Below, piece by piece: positions 12,010-27,074 of a stretch of 64,000 bases of DNA. Source of the stretch: Vicugna vicugna (Eukaryota); NCBI GenBank assembly GCA_013265495.1, contig MU057711.1, positions 1 through 64,000 of the forward strand. The letters are read 5' to 3'. The first letter of the stretch is position 1; every line of letters begins with the position of its first letter. The position numbers and the translations under genes are program-made. The notes under the pieces were generated by a model. The model saw nothing but the letters and a program-made list of their open reading frames with translations, was not told the origin of the DNA and did no database searches.

Positions 12010-15000
12010 GAGAGGGAAAGGATGAATTATTCAGTAAACGGTACTGGATAATTGGCTAGTTGGAGGAAAATAAAGTTAGACTTTGATGTATAAAATAAAA
12101 ATTACATTTGGTAAAGACACGGCTAATATAAAGAACTCTTGCACTTCAATAATAAAAAGAGAAACCAATGAAAAGATGGGCAAAGGATCTGAATAGGCAC
12201 TTCTCCAAAGATTATACAGAGGTATCAAAAGCTCATAAAAAGATGCTCAGCATCATTAGTGATCAGGGATATACAAACCGAAACCACAATGAAATGCAGA
12301 CCGTTCACACTATTCAAGAGGTGGAAGTAACCCAAATGAATGCCCACTGGCAGAAGAGTGGCTAAACAAAATGTGGTATAAACTCAGAGTGGAAATGAAT
12401 ACTATCCCACTTTAAAAAGGAAAGAAATCCTGTCACATGGTATAACATGAATGAACTTTGAGGGCATTATGCTAGGTAAATCAAACATAAAAAGACAAAT
12501 ACTGTATCGAAAGTTGTCAAATTCAGAGAAACAAAACAGAATGGTGATTACCAGAGGTTGAGGGTAAGGGAAGAGGGGCAGTTGTTAAATGGGTACAGAG
12601 TTTCAGATTTGTAAGGTGAAAAAGTTCTGGAGATCTGTTTCACAACAATGTGAAACACTAAACACTACTAAACTGTACACTTAAAAATGGCTAAGATAGT
12701 AAATTTTATGTTACCACACACAAAAAATGGTAAAGATGTTAAAAAAAGCAAAACAAACCCCCAGTGAGATATCACGTCACATCCATTAGGATGGGTATAA
12801 TCAAAAAGTCAGATAAAAACAAATTTTAGTGACGATGTAGAGAAATTGGATCTCTCATACATTTCTGGTGGGAATGTAAAATGGTCGAGCTACTTTGGAA
12901 AACTTTGGCAATTCCTTAAAAAGATGAACAAAGAGTTCCCATTTAACCCAACAGTTTCACTCCTAGGTATATATCAACAGGAATTAAAATATATGTCCAC
13001 ACAAAAACTTGTACATGAATGTTCACAGCAGTATTATTCATAATAGCCAAAAGGAAACCATCCAAATGTCCATCAAATGATGGATAAACAAAATGTGGTA
13101 TATTTATATAATGGGATATTTGACAATTAAAAGAAATAAAGTACTGATGCATGCTACAGCATAGAAGGACCTTGAAAACATTATCTCAGTGAAAGAAGTC
13201 AGATCACATATTATATGAACCCATTTATATGAAATATCCAGGATAGACAAATCTATGGATACAGAAAGTAGTGGCTGCCTAGGACTGGGGATGGGGGATT
13301 GAGGGTGGTAGCTAAAGGGCACAGGGTTTCTCCTATGGTGATGAAAATGTTCTACAATTGATTGTGGTGATGTTTGCACAATTCTGTGAATATGGTAAAA
13401 TCAAATGGGCGAATGGTATGGTATGTAAATTATACCTCAGTAGAGCTATCGTGGTGTTACAGAATTAAAAAAGATATCACAAAATTAAAAAAAAAACCAA
13501 ATGACCGGGGGCTGTGAACTTTTAAAAAAAACATACTAAGTGATACTATTGCTAATACACAAAGAGCTTCTAGATATGAGTTAGGAGAGGATAATCTAAT
13601 AAAACCAAAGGGTATCAAGAAATAATATCCAGAAGATAAAGTACCAATAATCAAAAAACCATGAAGAAAGATACTCAGCCTCACTAGTCAGGGGAAAAAA
13701 TCAATTTTATACCTAACAAAAAGGCAAAAAGAACCCAATAAAATGTCTGTAGGAAAAACAATAAAGTCAAAGATAAATGGCAAGCTATGAAGAATATTTA
13801 TAATGTATATCACAAAGGAATAATTTCCCTAATATATGCTATGGTACATTTATAAATCAGTAAGAAAATGAAAAAGGACAAGGGCCGTTCATAGAAAAAA
13901 TACGGATGGCTCTTGAACACATGGAAAGACGCTGAACTATGCTCAGTATAAGAAAAATGCAAAACAAGAAAACACTTTTCACTTTGTAATTGGCAAAACT
14001 CAAAAAGCTTAATAATCCACTGGGTTGGTGAAGGTGATAGGAAATGTTCATTCTCCTACACTGTAAGCAGAAGTGTAAACTGATATGATTTCTATGAAGG
14101 GACATTTGTTAAAACAAAAAATGCAAGGTCAAAACCAGGAAGAATTAACCTACTGTTCTGGAAATTAAATTAGCAGTTACCTGTAGGTAAACTGGGTTAG
14201 TAACAAAAAAGCAGGGCATGAGGAAGCTTCTGGTTGCTGTTATCATGTTCTTCTTGATCTGAGTATATTTTCATGTGTGCATTTATTTACTTAGTGAAAA
14301 TTTACAGACCTGTGTACTTACGTACATTTTTCTGTTATGTACGCTATATTTCAATAATGCTTATTTAAAAAATGCACATGTATTATTTTTAGTAATTCAG
14401 TTTTCAGGAATTCATCCTACAGGATATTCCCTGTGGCATCATTTGTAATAATAACCATAAGAGACTGAAAATAACCTGATATCTATCAATAAGGAACTCA
14501 TTAAATTACGCTGTGTCCATACTATGTGACACTATTTAGTGGTTAAAACGAGATAGCTTTACATTATCTTGTTATCTTAACAAGATATATTGTTAAGTGG
14601 AGAAAGCAAAGTCTAGAACTATCATCTATGTAAAATAAAAATATTTACATATATGTGCTTGTATATGCATAAAATATCCTGGACACAAAGAAGAGGTTGT
14701 TTTTGGGGAGAGGAACTGAACCACTGGGAAACAGGGGTGAAAGGGGGACTTACTTTTCACCATTATATTCTTTTATATTTTTTCACCATTTGCATGTATT
14801 ACTTTTTCTAAAAACAAATTTATTACTGAAATAAAACTGTACAGCTTTTAGATGAAAATGTGGTAAACTGGACAGTGTCATATGCTGGTGGGAATATAAA
14901 TGTGTACAACTTTTGAGAAAGGTAATTTGGTATTATCTGTTAACACTAAAAACATAGCCCCTCAACTCATCAGTTTCACGTGTATGAAATACTGGAAATT

Positions 15001-15460
15001 ACCTATGTATCGACTGAGAGAGAAAATGCTTAATAAATTATGGAACATCTATAGTATTATGGAATGACATGGGTCTATTAAAAGAATGAGACACCTGTAA
15101 GTGCTGACTTCAAAAGGTATTCATACTCTCTTGATAAGGTGGAAAAAAAAGATGTAGGCAAATATGTTCAGTAAGATTCTATTTACAAATGTTAAGTGTT
15201 GGATGAATTTCACAGACATAATAGTGAACAAAAGAAGCCAGACACAAAGAGAACATACTGTACGACTGCATTTAAATAACATTCAGAAATGGAAAAACTA
15301 ATCTATGGTGACAGAGATCAGAACAGTAGTCACACTCCCGCAGGGAATGTTGGCTGGGCAAGGGAATACGAGGGGTCTTTCTGGGGTGCTGGAAATATTT
15401 TATCTTGATTGTGGCTACAAGGGAGAGTATCTCTGTAAAATCTCACCAAGCTATGCACTT
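12010..15460 (+). mobile_element. Cluster of nested old L1 (L1MB/MC/ME) ORF2-end and 3' UTR fragments
   Basis: ORFs 12168 (KRWAKDLNRHFSK) and 12846 are L1 ORF2 C-terminal relics. Several L1 3' ends are present. Confidence 0.85.
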
Positions 15461-15662
15461 TCACCTTATTTCCTCCCATTGCCACAACTTTCTTTCTACC
15501 ATCTTATCACTTTACATGTAGATGACTGTATTCCAAAGCCCGACCTCTTAGGTCAGACTTTTTTTTTTAATGAACATCTACTTTTTCTTCTGAATATTGC
15601 TGCAAAATTCACCTTCTTAATCTACACATTTGATCACAGACTCTGATGAAGAATTTAAATAC

Positions 15663-16120
15663 AGTAATGGTTATATGTGTCAACTTAACTGGGCCATGAG
15701 GTGCCCAGATATATGGTCAATCGTTATTTTAGTTGTTTCTGTGACAGTGTTTTGGATAAGATTAACATTTAATCATTACATTGAGTAAAACAGATTTCTC
15801 TTCATAACGTGTGTGGGTCTCATCCAACCGGTTGAAGGCCTAAATAAATAGAACAAAAGCCGACCTTTTCCTGAGTAAGCACTCTCCTGCCTTATGGCCT
15901 TCAAACTGGGACATGAGGTTTTTCTGCCTGATGAACTGGGACATCAGTTTTTCCTGGTTCTCAGCTGCCTGCTGGCCTTTTGACTCAAACTGGGATGTTG
16001 GTTCTGCAGATTTTGCACTTGCCAGCTTCCATAACTATGTGAATCAATTACTTATAATCTCTCTCTCTTGTTCTCTATTTTCTATTGGTTCTGTTTCTCT
16101 GGAGAACCCTGACTAATTCA
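15663..16120. mobile_element. MLT2 (ERVL) solo LTR
   Basis: gtaatggtta..tatgtgtcaactt...gtgcccagatat...ctattggttctgtttctctggagaaccctgactaat. Similar to the copy at 46334-46887. Confidence 0.88.
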
Positions 16121-17019
16121 ATTAAGTATCTGCAGTTACTGGTTCACTGAAAAAATCTCTTTGCGATAGATGCCCATGTATCAACGGATACTATCAACAT
16201 TGTCTCTTAACAATCTTCAACACAGTACAAGAAGGCGAGTTAGTTTCTACTTTTCACTATCTGCTCATTCTTTATTGCTGTGATCACGGCCTCCCACTCC
16301 TGGAATGTTAACTGCCCATTTTGGTCCTTCCAAACCTTAACCATCTTTCAGCATCTAGGTTCCCACCTATCATCGTCACAGAAGCCTTCTTTGACCTTAA
16401 AATCTTGTAGCATATATAATTCCATTCAACATTCGAGTATAAAGCTCGTTTTACTGCTCTTTAGCTATCTACATGTGTATATCTTCCTCTTCCAAGCAGA
16501 CAGATTCCTGTTGATAGCAATGAATGTTTGCTGCATAACAGATCTTCGCTGAGAAAAACTGACTAGGAGTCAAAAGCCCAGACAACATAATATGCAGCGG
16601 GGGAGAATATGCTGGACACAGTGACTGTAAGTGCTAACAAACAGATTTCCAAAACCCCCTTCAGACATATTTTTATAGCAATTTTATTGAGATAGAATTC
16701 ACACACCATTGTATTCACCCATTTAAAGTGTCCTATTCATTAGTTTTTAGTATATTCCCAGAGCTCTCTCCACAATCAGTTTTCATCACCACAAAAAGGA
16801 AACCCTGTGCCCTTCAGCTATCATGCCTCACTTTCCACCCGTGGCCCAAAGCAACCACTGATCTGCCAGTCACTTCCTATGTCTATATGTTTTTTGAATA
16901 TTTTGAATACATGTTATTTTAGGAAAAAAAGTTAAAATATAGAGAAGTAAAAAGAAGAAAATAAAAATCACTTGTAACCCATCCATATGTTGTTTCCAAT
17001 TTGTTGTAAGGTATTACAC

Positions 17020-17391
17020 TGTCAAGGACTGAATGTCAGGCCCTGCCCCCTCAAGTTCTGTGTGGCCGTACTTGGAGATGGGGCCTCTCAGGAAGATATT
17101 AAGGTTAAATGAGGTCTTGGAGGTGGAGTCCTGATCTGATAGTATTAGTGTCCTTATAAGAAGCTTGCTCTCTTGTTCTCTCTCCCCCATGAGCACAAAG
17201 AGGGGGTCAAGTGAGCACACAGCAAGATGGGGGGCCTACTAGCTAAGAGGAGAGACCTCAGAATGAAGTCGACCTTGCTGGCACCTTGACCTTGCAATTC
17301 CCCACCCCCGGAATTGGGAGAAATAAATCTCTGTTGTTTAAGCTGCCCAGCCTGCGGTGCTTTGTTACGGCAACTGGAACAGACTAAGATG
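17020..17391 (+). mobile_element. MLT1A-like MaLR solo LTR
   Basis: tgtcaaggactgaatgt...aaggttaaatgaggtc...gagaaataaatctctgttgtttaagc...gactaaga. Near-identical 5-bp flanks tacac/tacaa. Confidence 0.85.
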
Positions 17392-18310
17392 TACAAATAC
17401 CAAAAAAAAAAATTATTTTTTCACATAAATGAAATCATACGACACACAATTTTGTCATCTTCTCTTGGTTAGTGTAACCTAAGCTTTTCCCACATCATTA
17501 AATACACATACATGTACACAGACCCACTTTTCTCATTAGGGTATTTAGGTTCTCCTCTACCCTATAATCCAACATTTTATCCTCTTAAAAACACCACCGA
17601 AGATCACTTTTACAGACATAGTGCAGTATACACAAATCTTTGGCATATCTCTGACAATTTCCTTGCGATAAATTCATAGAAATATAATTATTTCTGGGTT
17701 TAAGCTTAAAGCTTTGGGCATATATAGTGAAACTATCCTCTAGAAAGGCTATCAAGCATCTTTTTAGCAAACATTCACTGATGTTCTGGTAAGTGCCAAA
17801 CTCTGAACATGAATTTGCTTTCATGCATGCTCTTCCTTAATCCCCACAGCAAGGCTGTGAGGTAAGTCTAACGCCATCTCCCCCATCCCCTACCTTTTTT
17901 TTTTTTTTCAGAAGAGGAACCAGAAGCTTGGGCCAGTACATTACTCAAGGTCACAAAAGGAATGGCCCTCTTCTGAAAGACCTTGTGGCTGCTAGACACT
18001 AACTCATTTAAAAAACACATTATTATACTTCCATAGCAGATGGGAAGTCAATGGAAAATTAGATTATTTTATTTTCTGTATAAGATAAAATGTCTTGTTT
18101 AGCATAGTTGAGAGTATTTACTTGAAATTACATTAACAGTCTCTTTCATTTTGTTTATAGCAAGCTAAAAATTGGGTTCCTGTATCTATTTCTGTTGTTT
18201 AGAAGACTTCCTCTACTGAATCTGAAGTTCCACATTATAAGCACATAATAGGATGAAAATGATAAGATTTAAATGTATACATATGCACATATCACACATA
18301 CGTATCATAT

Positions 18311-18833
18311 GAGAATAACTCATTTTTATTGCACTTTGCATTTTTATACTTCTCAGACATTGCAGATTTCTTTAAATTTTATTTTTTCTACAAATTGAAG
18401 GTTTGTGGCAACCCTGTGTCAAGCAAGTCTATTGGTGCCATTTTTCTACCAGCATTTGCTCACTTTGTGCCTCTGTGTCACATTTTGGTAATTCTCACCA
18501 TTTTGCAAACTTTTCCATTGTTATTATATTTGTTAAACACACATACATGTACACAGACCCATGTGTGTACATGTGATCTCTGATGTTACTACTGTGAATT
18601 GCTGAAGGCTCAGATGATGGTTAGCATTTTTTAGCAATAAAGTATTTTTTAAATACAATTACATTTTTAAAAAGACTTAATGGTAATATTGCACACTTAA
18701 CAGACTAAAGCATACCTTAAACATAACTTTCATATGCACTGGGACCAAAAAATTTGTGTGATTCACATTATTGTGATATTCACTTATTACAGTGGTCTGG
18801 AACCAAACCTGCAGTATCTCTGAGGTATGTCTG
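18311..18833. mobile_element. Internally deleted Tigger1 derivative (TcMar DNA transposon)
   Basis: One Tigger1 end (acaaattgaaggtttgtggcaaccctg) is joined near 18600 to the other end (gctgaaggctcagatgat...atctctgaggtatgtctg|TA). Confidence 0.88.
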
Positions 18834-21800
18834 TATATATGTATGTTTAATAAAAGAGTTGTCTACATAACACAAATAGAATATGCATTTCCTTAGGTTT
18901 TGCAACTACAGATTCAAGAAGGAATAGTATTATTCCTTGAGCTTAGTTAATATTCTGATTGATAACATTGATAATATTGTTTAGTTAGGAATTCAGAACT
19001 CCCAAATACTATTATAAAGGTTAAGCTGTTCTTCATCTGAAATTATTATTTCACCTACCTTTCATTTCATCCTGACCTTTTGTCCAGTGACAGCTACATG
19101 GTTACTGCAGCAGGAAAGGTAGACTTAAACTGCATGATTTCCAGGCTGTACTAGCTATGAAAGTTTGACATAAGGCAGATAAAAAATGTCTTTAGCTACT
19201 TTCATTAATTATACTGTTTTTGTTAATGAATACTACAGATGAGGAAAATTTTACTTTCAGCTTTGGCTTTATCACTAGATCCTTTTGTAACCCACCCGTT
19301 AGTTTTACCATCAGAAAAAAAGGGACACACTCAACTCATGTACATAAGTTTTACTATTTTCTTCCCTTCAAATTAATTAAAAAAAAGTCTAAAATGTGTT
19401 AGGTTTCTTTAAATGTACAGGCTATATAAGGAAAATTTTTATTCTCATTTTCTCTCTCCATAATTTTTCAGCATATTAATGTGACAGGTTTGTAATACAG
19501 TTTAAACATAGTTTAACATTAAACATATTAAAGTAACATGTAACTTCTTCAAAAAGAAAGGAAGAACTGAATTAAATGCTGCTGAGAAACACAACAGAGC
19601 ATACATTTAATATGTGTTAGTAGTTCATCTTCCGTTATTAACAGGATTTTTGTTGCTGCTGCTAGTTTCTGTGCATATCAGATTAGTCATGCAGAAGTCT
19701 ATAGGTCATTAGTGCTTACCAAGAATAAACCCCAAAGTGACTATCTGATGTCAACACTTAAAACCATTAAGTTCAGCTCCTCTCAGGCATTCTATTCATA
19801 CAGTACAGGATGTTCCATTAAGTAGGGCCATCTACTGCTGTGTGAGCCAATGCACAGCATGGGCCTGGGCAAATCACTTCACCTTTCTCTGTTATACAGT
19901 TTTAGAAAAATCCTTAAAATAATGTGGTTAGATAAAATATTATAAAAAATATAAAATACAATTTATAAAGTGTACAAAATTTCCAAATCCTATGATTCCA
20001 AGCTGGGATCTATGTTGTTATTAGGTAGCTCCAGGTGCTCAACCCTCTGACTAGCATAGAGGAAAATGGTCTGGTTTTAAAGGGCTATTTGTGTATGTTT
20101 GCTTACATATGACACAATTATATAGAAAAGTGGGAGCCTTGAATAGGCAGAGTCTGAATGAATGAGGCTAGATCATGGATGATACATACTCTCTAAAGTC
20201 AGAAATCAAGAGAAAAAACCAGAAGTATTAACTTGTTATTTTGTATGCTAATTTTCTGCTTTCTCTTTCTCCTTATATAATATGTAAGATTATACTATTT
20301 TTAAAAGCTATACTTCTCATGCTTTCATTTAGAAATTATTACATATAGTTACTATTATATGAGACAACCCATGCAAAACGCTTGGTAGAGGATCTGGCAC
20401 ATGATAAGCAATAAATATTAGCAAGTCTCATTTGTCTTTTTAAATAAATTACAGATTCTATAATTCTGGATTCCAGGATTTTAAAGTATCAGCTTCACTG
20501 CTGCAGTTTCTTTTGAAACTCTAGGAACCAGCAGAAGTAAGCAAAGCATGCTCAGTGTTCAAATTGTTGTATCTAATAAGTGGCAAAGAGTGCAGTTTTT
20601 AAAAAATACTTTTCCAGACTTTCAAATGTTTTACAATAGGCTGCCATATTTTTGTAATGAGAAAACAAAATGAATACCAAACCAAAAATTTACAAATAAA
20701 AAAGGAATAATGCTTTAAAAATATCTTGCATAATCAAAAAAGAAAGGCACTTTTACAAATGTCACCTGGAAATTACAATTTTAAGACTCCATAATGTTAA
20801 GCTTATGAACAAGTGAAAAGTACCAGTGGTCAATTAAATCAGTGCATGAGTATAATTTCCCAAGTGATATCAGAATAAAAAAATGTCATCCTTTGTGCTT
20901 CAGTCAGAAAAAAATCACTCAATTCTAAATGGTCCAAGGCAGAAGTTATTATTACAGCATAAGCTCACTTCCTACAAGTGGGACAGTTTAATATTTTGTA
21001 TAGAAGCATATGGCTATAAATGAAGTAAAACATTTTTCTTCAGCAACTCTAACAACAACTGGGAAGGTGTGATAAAGTACATAAAGGGTCCATTATGGAA
21101 AAGGGAAATTTAACAGGACAGATACTGCTACATAATTTCATCCTTCTACTATTTGTGTTTTCATCACCATGAACTTGGTTTTTATTTGTTTGATTTTTAA
21201 GTGTCTCTCTGTTTCTCACTTTCAAGTGTCAATAACTGTTTTCCTACTAATTGATCTTGGCTGATCCACAGTCTAATTTTTAGAAGTTTAAGGATTTTTA
21301 ACCATTTCATATACTTTTATAACTTATTAGTATTTGTAATCATATTAGAAAAGTATATATAGATTTATTATAGCATCTTATAATGGCTTTTTAAATAAAC
21401 TGTTCTAAAAAGTGATTTCTAATATCTCAAGACTTTAAAACCAAAGTTGTTTAAAAAAGATTAATGAAATGTAAGAAGACAGCCTATTCAGAGTTAAAAG
21501 AGAAACTGTAATTAAAATACTTAATGAGATATGTGAATTATTGGTTATTAGCTTAAATTAGTTTAAAACATGACTAATGGGATGTGCAATTTATAAGTTT
21601 TCCTTAAAATGACAATGCTTAGGATCTGAACATTTCATGCTAAACCACACTATACGTTATAGCCCACATATTCTTAAAGATATTTAAAGTACAAAACCTT
21701 GGCTTCTAGTTTGATGGTTCAGTTTACATTAGCTACTTTACACAGATGCCAAAACCAAAACATTGCAACAACTGTGCATAAATACTATAGTATCCAGTGT

Positions 21801-23602
21801 GCAGGTTGGGAGGAGGATGAGTAGAATAAAGTCAAAGCTATAAAGGTCAATACTGTACAATGGTTTTAGCAGCATTTAAAATGAGAGATCTTTGCCTGGA
21901 TTATGAGTGACTGTTCACATACATTCTCTGAAAATATCTATTTTTTTGTTTCTTTAAGACACATGAATATAAAACAAATATCATAATCATAAATCACATG
22001 TGAAATAGAAACCCCCATCTGAGACACTGTCATTTAGACATTATTTTAGACACCATAGGAAATCTTTTTTTGTCTGTTATTGATTATCTATCTTTCATTC
22101 ATTATTTTTTAAATACAAATAAAAGCTGCTTTAATACATACCAACATTCAGAAAATATATTAACCTATTTACAACTTTCTGAAAATCATTTGAGGAAGCA
22201 CTCCATCAAAAGAAATAGGAATTAAAATGTAGAAAGGGAAAGATGTGGTATATAAATAAAATAGTGGCAATAAAGCTAGTAAAACTTGTTAAGTTTAAAT
22301 AATCATTGATAACTGTTAAAAGATTTGGCTAAATAGAAGACAAAAAAGGTAAAACCAAATTAAACATCCAGAAATAAACTTCCATATTATTTCAACAAAA
22401 TCTGGAAGAAGGCAGGGGAATAAAAGCTTTTTTAAAGGTCTCATCTTATTTGGAAAGTGAAAGGCGAAGATACTATTACAATTTAAAAATTCCAAGGAAA
22501 TATAGGTTCATACATGTTTGTTAGAAATTTGAGTTAAGTATTAGTAGAATCAAAATGCAGAATCTCTAAATGTAGCAGGAGCAAGAGAGAAAAATAGAGC
22601 TAGTAACTAGTTTTGATTCAGGGGAGCTAGGGAACCCCTAGTTCTGCAACACACAGGTCCCCTGTCTGAAGAGCATCCTGTGGGTCTGTGGTGTAGTGAG
22701 GACCAGTGTGGGAACAGGCAGAAGGACAGTTTTACCTTTCCCTAGCCACACACAGAAGTTTAAGTACCCAAATTTCCTTAACTGAATGAAAAATAGTGGC
22801 ATTTAATATAGGCTGGTTTGAGCATTAGAGTAACAATTATTTTAGAGCAAAATCAACTCTGGGCATTGTAGATGGCTTTGAAAGGGTAATTTTATACTAA
22901 TAATTGTCTGACGTAAGGAAAACAATAACCAAAGGGAAGTGTGGAAGAGCATATCAAGTCAACTGGAAGGTTACTTTTTACAAATGATTGCTCTAAATTG
23001 GTATCTTATCTTTCATGACCTTTCTGTAAAGTGTTAATTCATATTTATGTTAATACCTTTAAATGCAAAGTTATCTTGTTTTCTAAAACTAAAACCTGCA
23101 CCAAATTGGCTGTCTCGGGGTCTGAGCTTGGAGATGTGTTGAGAAAACTTTCCCCAGGATACTGTTACTGTGATGGCGGTGCTATCCGGTGGTGCTCATC
23201 CTTGGCTTAGGCTAGGAAGTTACAGGCCACAGACTCTCACAGAGAATCTTGCATTTTTAAACTTTTTACATGGGATTTTTCAAACATAAACAAAATTAGA
23301 AAGAATAGTGGCAAGAACCCCACTCATATGTCATACAACTTCAACATGTGGCCCAACTTTTTTCATCTGTATTCCATTTCCCACTTCCCTGGATTAAAGC
23401 AAAAGGCCTCAGACGTAACATTTCAAGTAGTTTGTTTATCATTATTTAACTCTTTATAGAAGCTTACTTTTTCCTGAGCAGGAATATAATGTATTTATAG
23501 GTACTCTGTTACTATATAAAATAATTATGGTCTGCTTTTAAGAATAAAAATGGCAGTAATTTTATTAGGACTAATTTTTTTTTTAATTCAACAGATACTT
23601 AA

Positions 23603-23775
23603 GGGGAGGGTATAACTCAAGTAGTAGAGTGCATGCTTAGCATGCACGAGGTCCTGGGTTCAATCCCCCCTACCTCCATTTACATACCTACATATATACA
23701 TACATACACACATACATACATACATACGTACATATATACGTACACCTAATTTCCTCCCTCCCCCAAAACCAAAAG
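23603..23775 (+). mobile_element. Vic-1-type camelid tRNA-derived SINE with (TACA)n tract
   Basis: ggggagggtataactcaagtagtagagtgcatgcttagcatgcacgaggtcctgggttcaatcccc carries A and B boxes. Paralogues lie at 28210, 39203 and 54435. Confidence 0.88.
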
Positions 23776-23779
23776 CATC

Positions 23780-24745
23780 TTCTACTAAAAGGAACTTGGG
23801 CTCCTTGAAGAAAGAGACCAGATTCTACACTTAGGGCAACGGAGATAAAAGATGAATCTGGAATATCCTGTTTTGTCAGAGCACAGGTGAAAAAGATAAA
23901 GGAGCCAGGCTGAAGGAGTCCCTATTGCCCCAACTAGGAACAATTTTAACATTAAAACAAATTATTTTATTTATTGAATAAAATACGAACACACAGATAT
24001 ATACTGATAAATGAATACATAAATATGTAAGAGATAAGTGAAAGAGCTTCCTTACAGAAGAATGCCAACTAATAAATGCAAGAGGGTTGGAATCAGAAAA
24101 TCACTTTCGGTGCCTGTCGTATAGAAGGGTGATTCAGGCAGGAGTTGTCAATGGACTCTAAGGCTGGTAGGTAGAAACTGGACACAGAAAAGTATACTAA
24201 AGTAATAGCACAATACCACTCTACAAAACACTGATCAATTACAAAGGGGAGAAATAGTGAATTTAAGGTGGACAAGTCTGGTAATCATCAAGATGACCAG
24301 ATGATCAACTTAACATCATGGTGGTGGGACAGGTCAACATTATGTGCTTGCTGATGTGATGTACTGCGAAGGGCATACATAGCATGGGTTCTACTAAATT
24401 GCATGCAGTGGAGTTTCTGCAAAGAATGTGTGTGCTCAGCTGGGTAATGAGGAAACAGCATTATCCTATAGAATGTAAGGCCTGTATTCTTTAAAACTGA
24501 TGAGGACACGAAAAGGAACTATTCCAGGTTGAAGAATTCTGCAAAGATATAACAATTAAATGCAACAGGTATTCCTGGTCAGAATCCAGGACCACAAAGA
24601 AAAAAGTCATTGTTGGGACAGTTGGCAAAATCTGAACAGGGTGGTAGTGTTGTACTGAAGTTGATCTTCTCTGCTTTGGAGAGCTGTACACACGTTACGT
24701 AGGAGCATGTCCTAACTCTTTGGAAAATGTGTGTTGACAGAGAAA
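23780..24745 (+). mobile_element. L1MC3/MC4-type 3' region
   Basis: aggaacttgggctccttgaagaaa...acaattaaatgcaaca...aaagtcattgttgggacagttggcaaaatctgaa. Confidence 0.7.
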
Positions 24746-24799
24746 ATACAAAATTAAATGTTAATACTGAATAATAAAATATATAAAACAAATACTCAC

Positions 24800-24908
24800 C
24801 AATGACTTTAACAAAATAAGCATCTGCTTCAAAGTTATTTTTTAGTGTATGGATGGCAAAATCATTCTTTGTATATCCTTTACTTAGTACGACAATGTCC
24901 AGGATTCC
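24800..24908 (-). CDS. ITFG1: ITFG1 internal coding exon, 109 bp: GILDIVVLSKGYTKNDFAIHTLKNNFEADAYFVKVI(V)
   Basis: ttttttccag|GGAATC...GTCATTG|gtgagt. Phase 0 to 1, continuing the frame of the previous exon. Confidence 0.97.
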
Positions 24909-26368
24909 CTGGAAAAAACATAAACAAAACAGGTAAGAACAAACTACTGGACTGACTGAAAAAAATGATGAAAACGCACAACATGCTTATTATGTAAATA
25001 TAAACCTTACTTATTCAACCTGATGTTTAAAAAAATACTATTAAAATATAAAACCTTGAATAGTAAAATATAAATAAAATGAAAAACATCTATAATTTTC
25101 CTTTCTGCAGATAATTGTTAGTATTTTGTTCTATCTCCTTCTAGTCATATCTGCATGAATTTTTAAAGGCCTGTGACATGGACTGCCAAATTGTTTCTAA
25201 TCATCAGAGAAAGAGGGTATCTTTTAATCTACTCTGGCTCCCATTATTTTTTTTTTCCTAAAATAGTGGGAAGCTTTGCTAATTTTATTAGGGTTATAAA
25301 AGGTGTACTCATTTAAATTTCCATTCTGCTGACTTTCTCTTAATGAGCTTGATCATTTATATCTTTCCATATGTTAGCTACATGTTTTTCCTGTAAATTG
25401 ACTTAATTATGTTCTGTTTTTCCACTTGTATCAGTTTGTATAAACCCCTTTTATGTTAAGAATATTATTTAATTCTTTCATAGCACATTTATTTCCCAGA
25501 TTGAAACACAATTTTAAATTTCATTTATGATGCTCTTTTATGTATAGAAATTAAAAATTGATTTGTAATCAATTCTGTTGATTTTCTCTCTTGTGATTTT
25601 TTTTACCAATTACTTTTATGCTTAGAAATTGCTAATAAAAAGTGAAATAACAAGAGATTTGGTAGAAGAAAGACAGAGATAAACAAGGGCCTGGATAATT
25701 CATATAATTGAGAATCAGCCTCTTAAAAAACAAAACCAACTAGGGTTAGGGTTGGACATAAATGTCCTGATGGAGATTTAACTTTTTTAAATAGTCAAGC
25801 TATTTCATAAGGATATACTGTGATATATTAACTCTGGAATTCAACATTTTTATCACAATTTTGTTATTTCTCTGAGTGACAAACTGGCTTTTGACATTAG
25901 AAGGAAGAAATCCAGGGCCCTGAGTGCCTTTCCCAGGTCAGCTGGCGACTGAAGACAGTCCCAAGAATCTGTGGCAATAGACGCCATGTTTAGTGCACAT
26001 GGTGAAAAGAGACTACTGCACTCACTCTTCTGTGTACTTGTGCAGGCTCAGGGGTCTGTTATCTGTTGGCTGTGCTATCCTTTACTGGTGCACTTGCACA
26101 ACTGCCATGAGCATGATTCTCTAGTGGTTTAACTAAATGAGCATAAAATTTATGAGATAAAGGCATTTTCATATTTCACTGTACTAATCAGCCAGTGGTG
26201 TCAAGACATTTGTTCCCTCTGCCATTTACCATTAAAAAGGGCTTTCTTTAATTAACTCATTTGCTTTCATTATCTCATCTACATTTTCTGGTCAAATAGG
26301 GTGAAGTGAAAGTGAGACGAGGTGGATGGCAATTAGACTCCAAACACACAGAAGAGCTCTGAACTCAC

Positions 26369-26519
26369 ATCTTCGTAAATGTCAAAGAAGGTGGCAACAA
26401 CGGCATCTCTGATTTGATTTAGGTCCGTCAGCTCCCAGTAGACTTTAAACATACGACGCGCCCCCTCACAGCTTGCATTATTACAAGGGACATTCTCCAG
26501 TAAAAAGGCCTGCTGATTG
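26369..26519 (-). CDS. ITFG1: ITFG1 internal coding exon, 151 bp: (S)NQQAFLLENVPCNNASCEGARRMFKVYWELTDLNQIRDAVVATFFDIYED
   Basis: ttgtctcacag|CAATCAG...GAAGAT|gtgagt. Phase 2 to 0. Overlaps ORF 26333..26530. The peptide is recognisably ITFG1. Confidence 0.97.
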
Positions 26520-27074
26520 CTGTGAGACAAAGGAAAGGCATTTAGTTAACGTACCAGTGCTGTGTAGCATCAGCTGTGGTGTATTTCCTAGAATCAAAGA
26601 AATGGTAAATGGTACATACTCAAATAATATGAAAAAAATCCCCAAACCTTACTAATTATTGTACCGTGTCATAAAAACTTAAATTGTCGGCTATTCTTTG
26701 CCAGCCTTTGGCAAAAATCCTCAGAGGCTAGTTGGCTGCTGGTTGCTCTCTCCTCTTTTGTGGTTTCCAAGGCCATTCCTCCTTCCACCCTTACTGCTCC
26801 ACAGCCACTGATGCTGTGTTTCATTACTGAGTTCCTGGGCGCTGTCATCATCCCTTCAGATGTGTGTAACTTCTCAGGTGAATACCTGCATTTTAACCAG
26901 AGATCCCTGACATCCCCAAGTCTTGTAAACCCGAAGTGTGAACCTATGATGACAGAACTTCAGCTTCCCAGACAGGCAGTAGGGCAGACATTGCTGAGCA
27001 CCTCTCAGATAAAAGAAGTACTGCACTTTGCCTGGCTATGAAGTCCTCCCTCTTGAACCCTACTCCAGAGGCAA

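Noticed and set aside
23603..23680. tRNA-like sequences with A and B boxes (also 28210, 39203, 54435)
   Set aside because: They are SINE heads with tails and, in two cases, TSDs. They are not tRNA genes.
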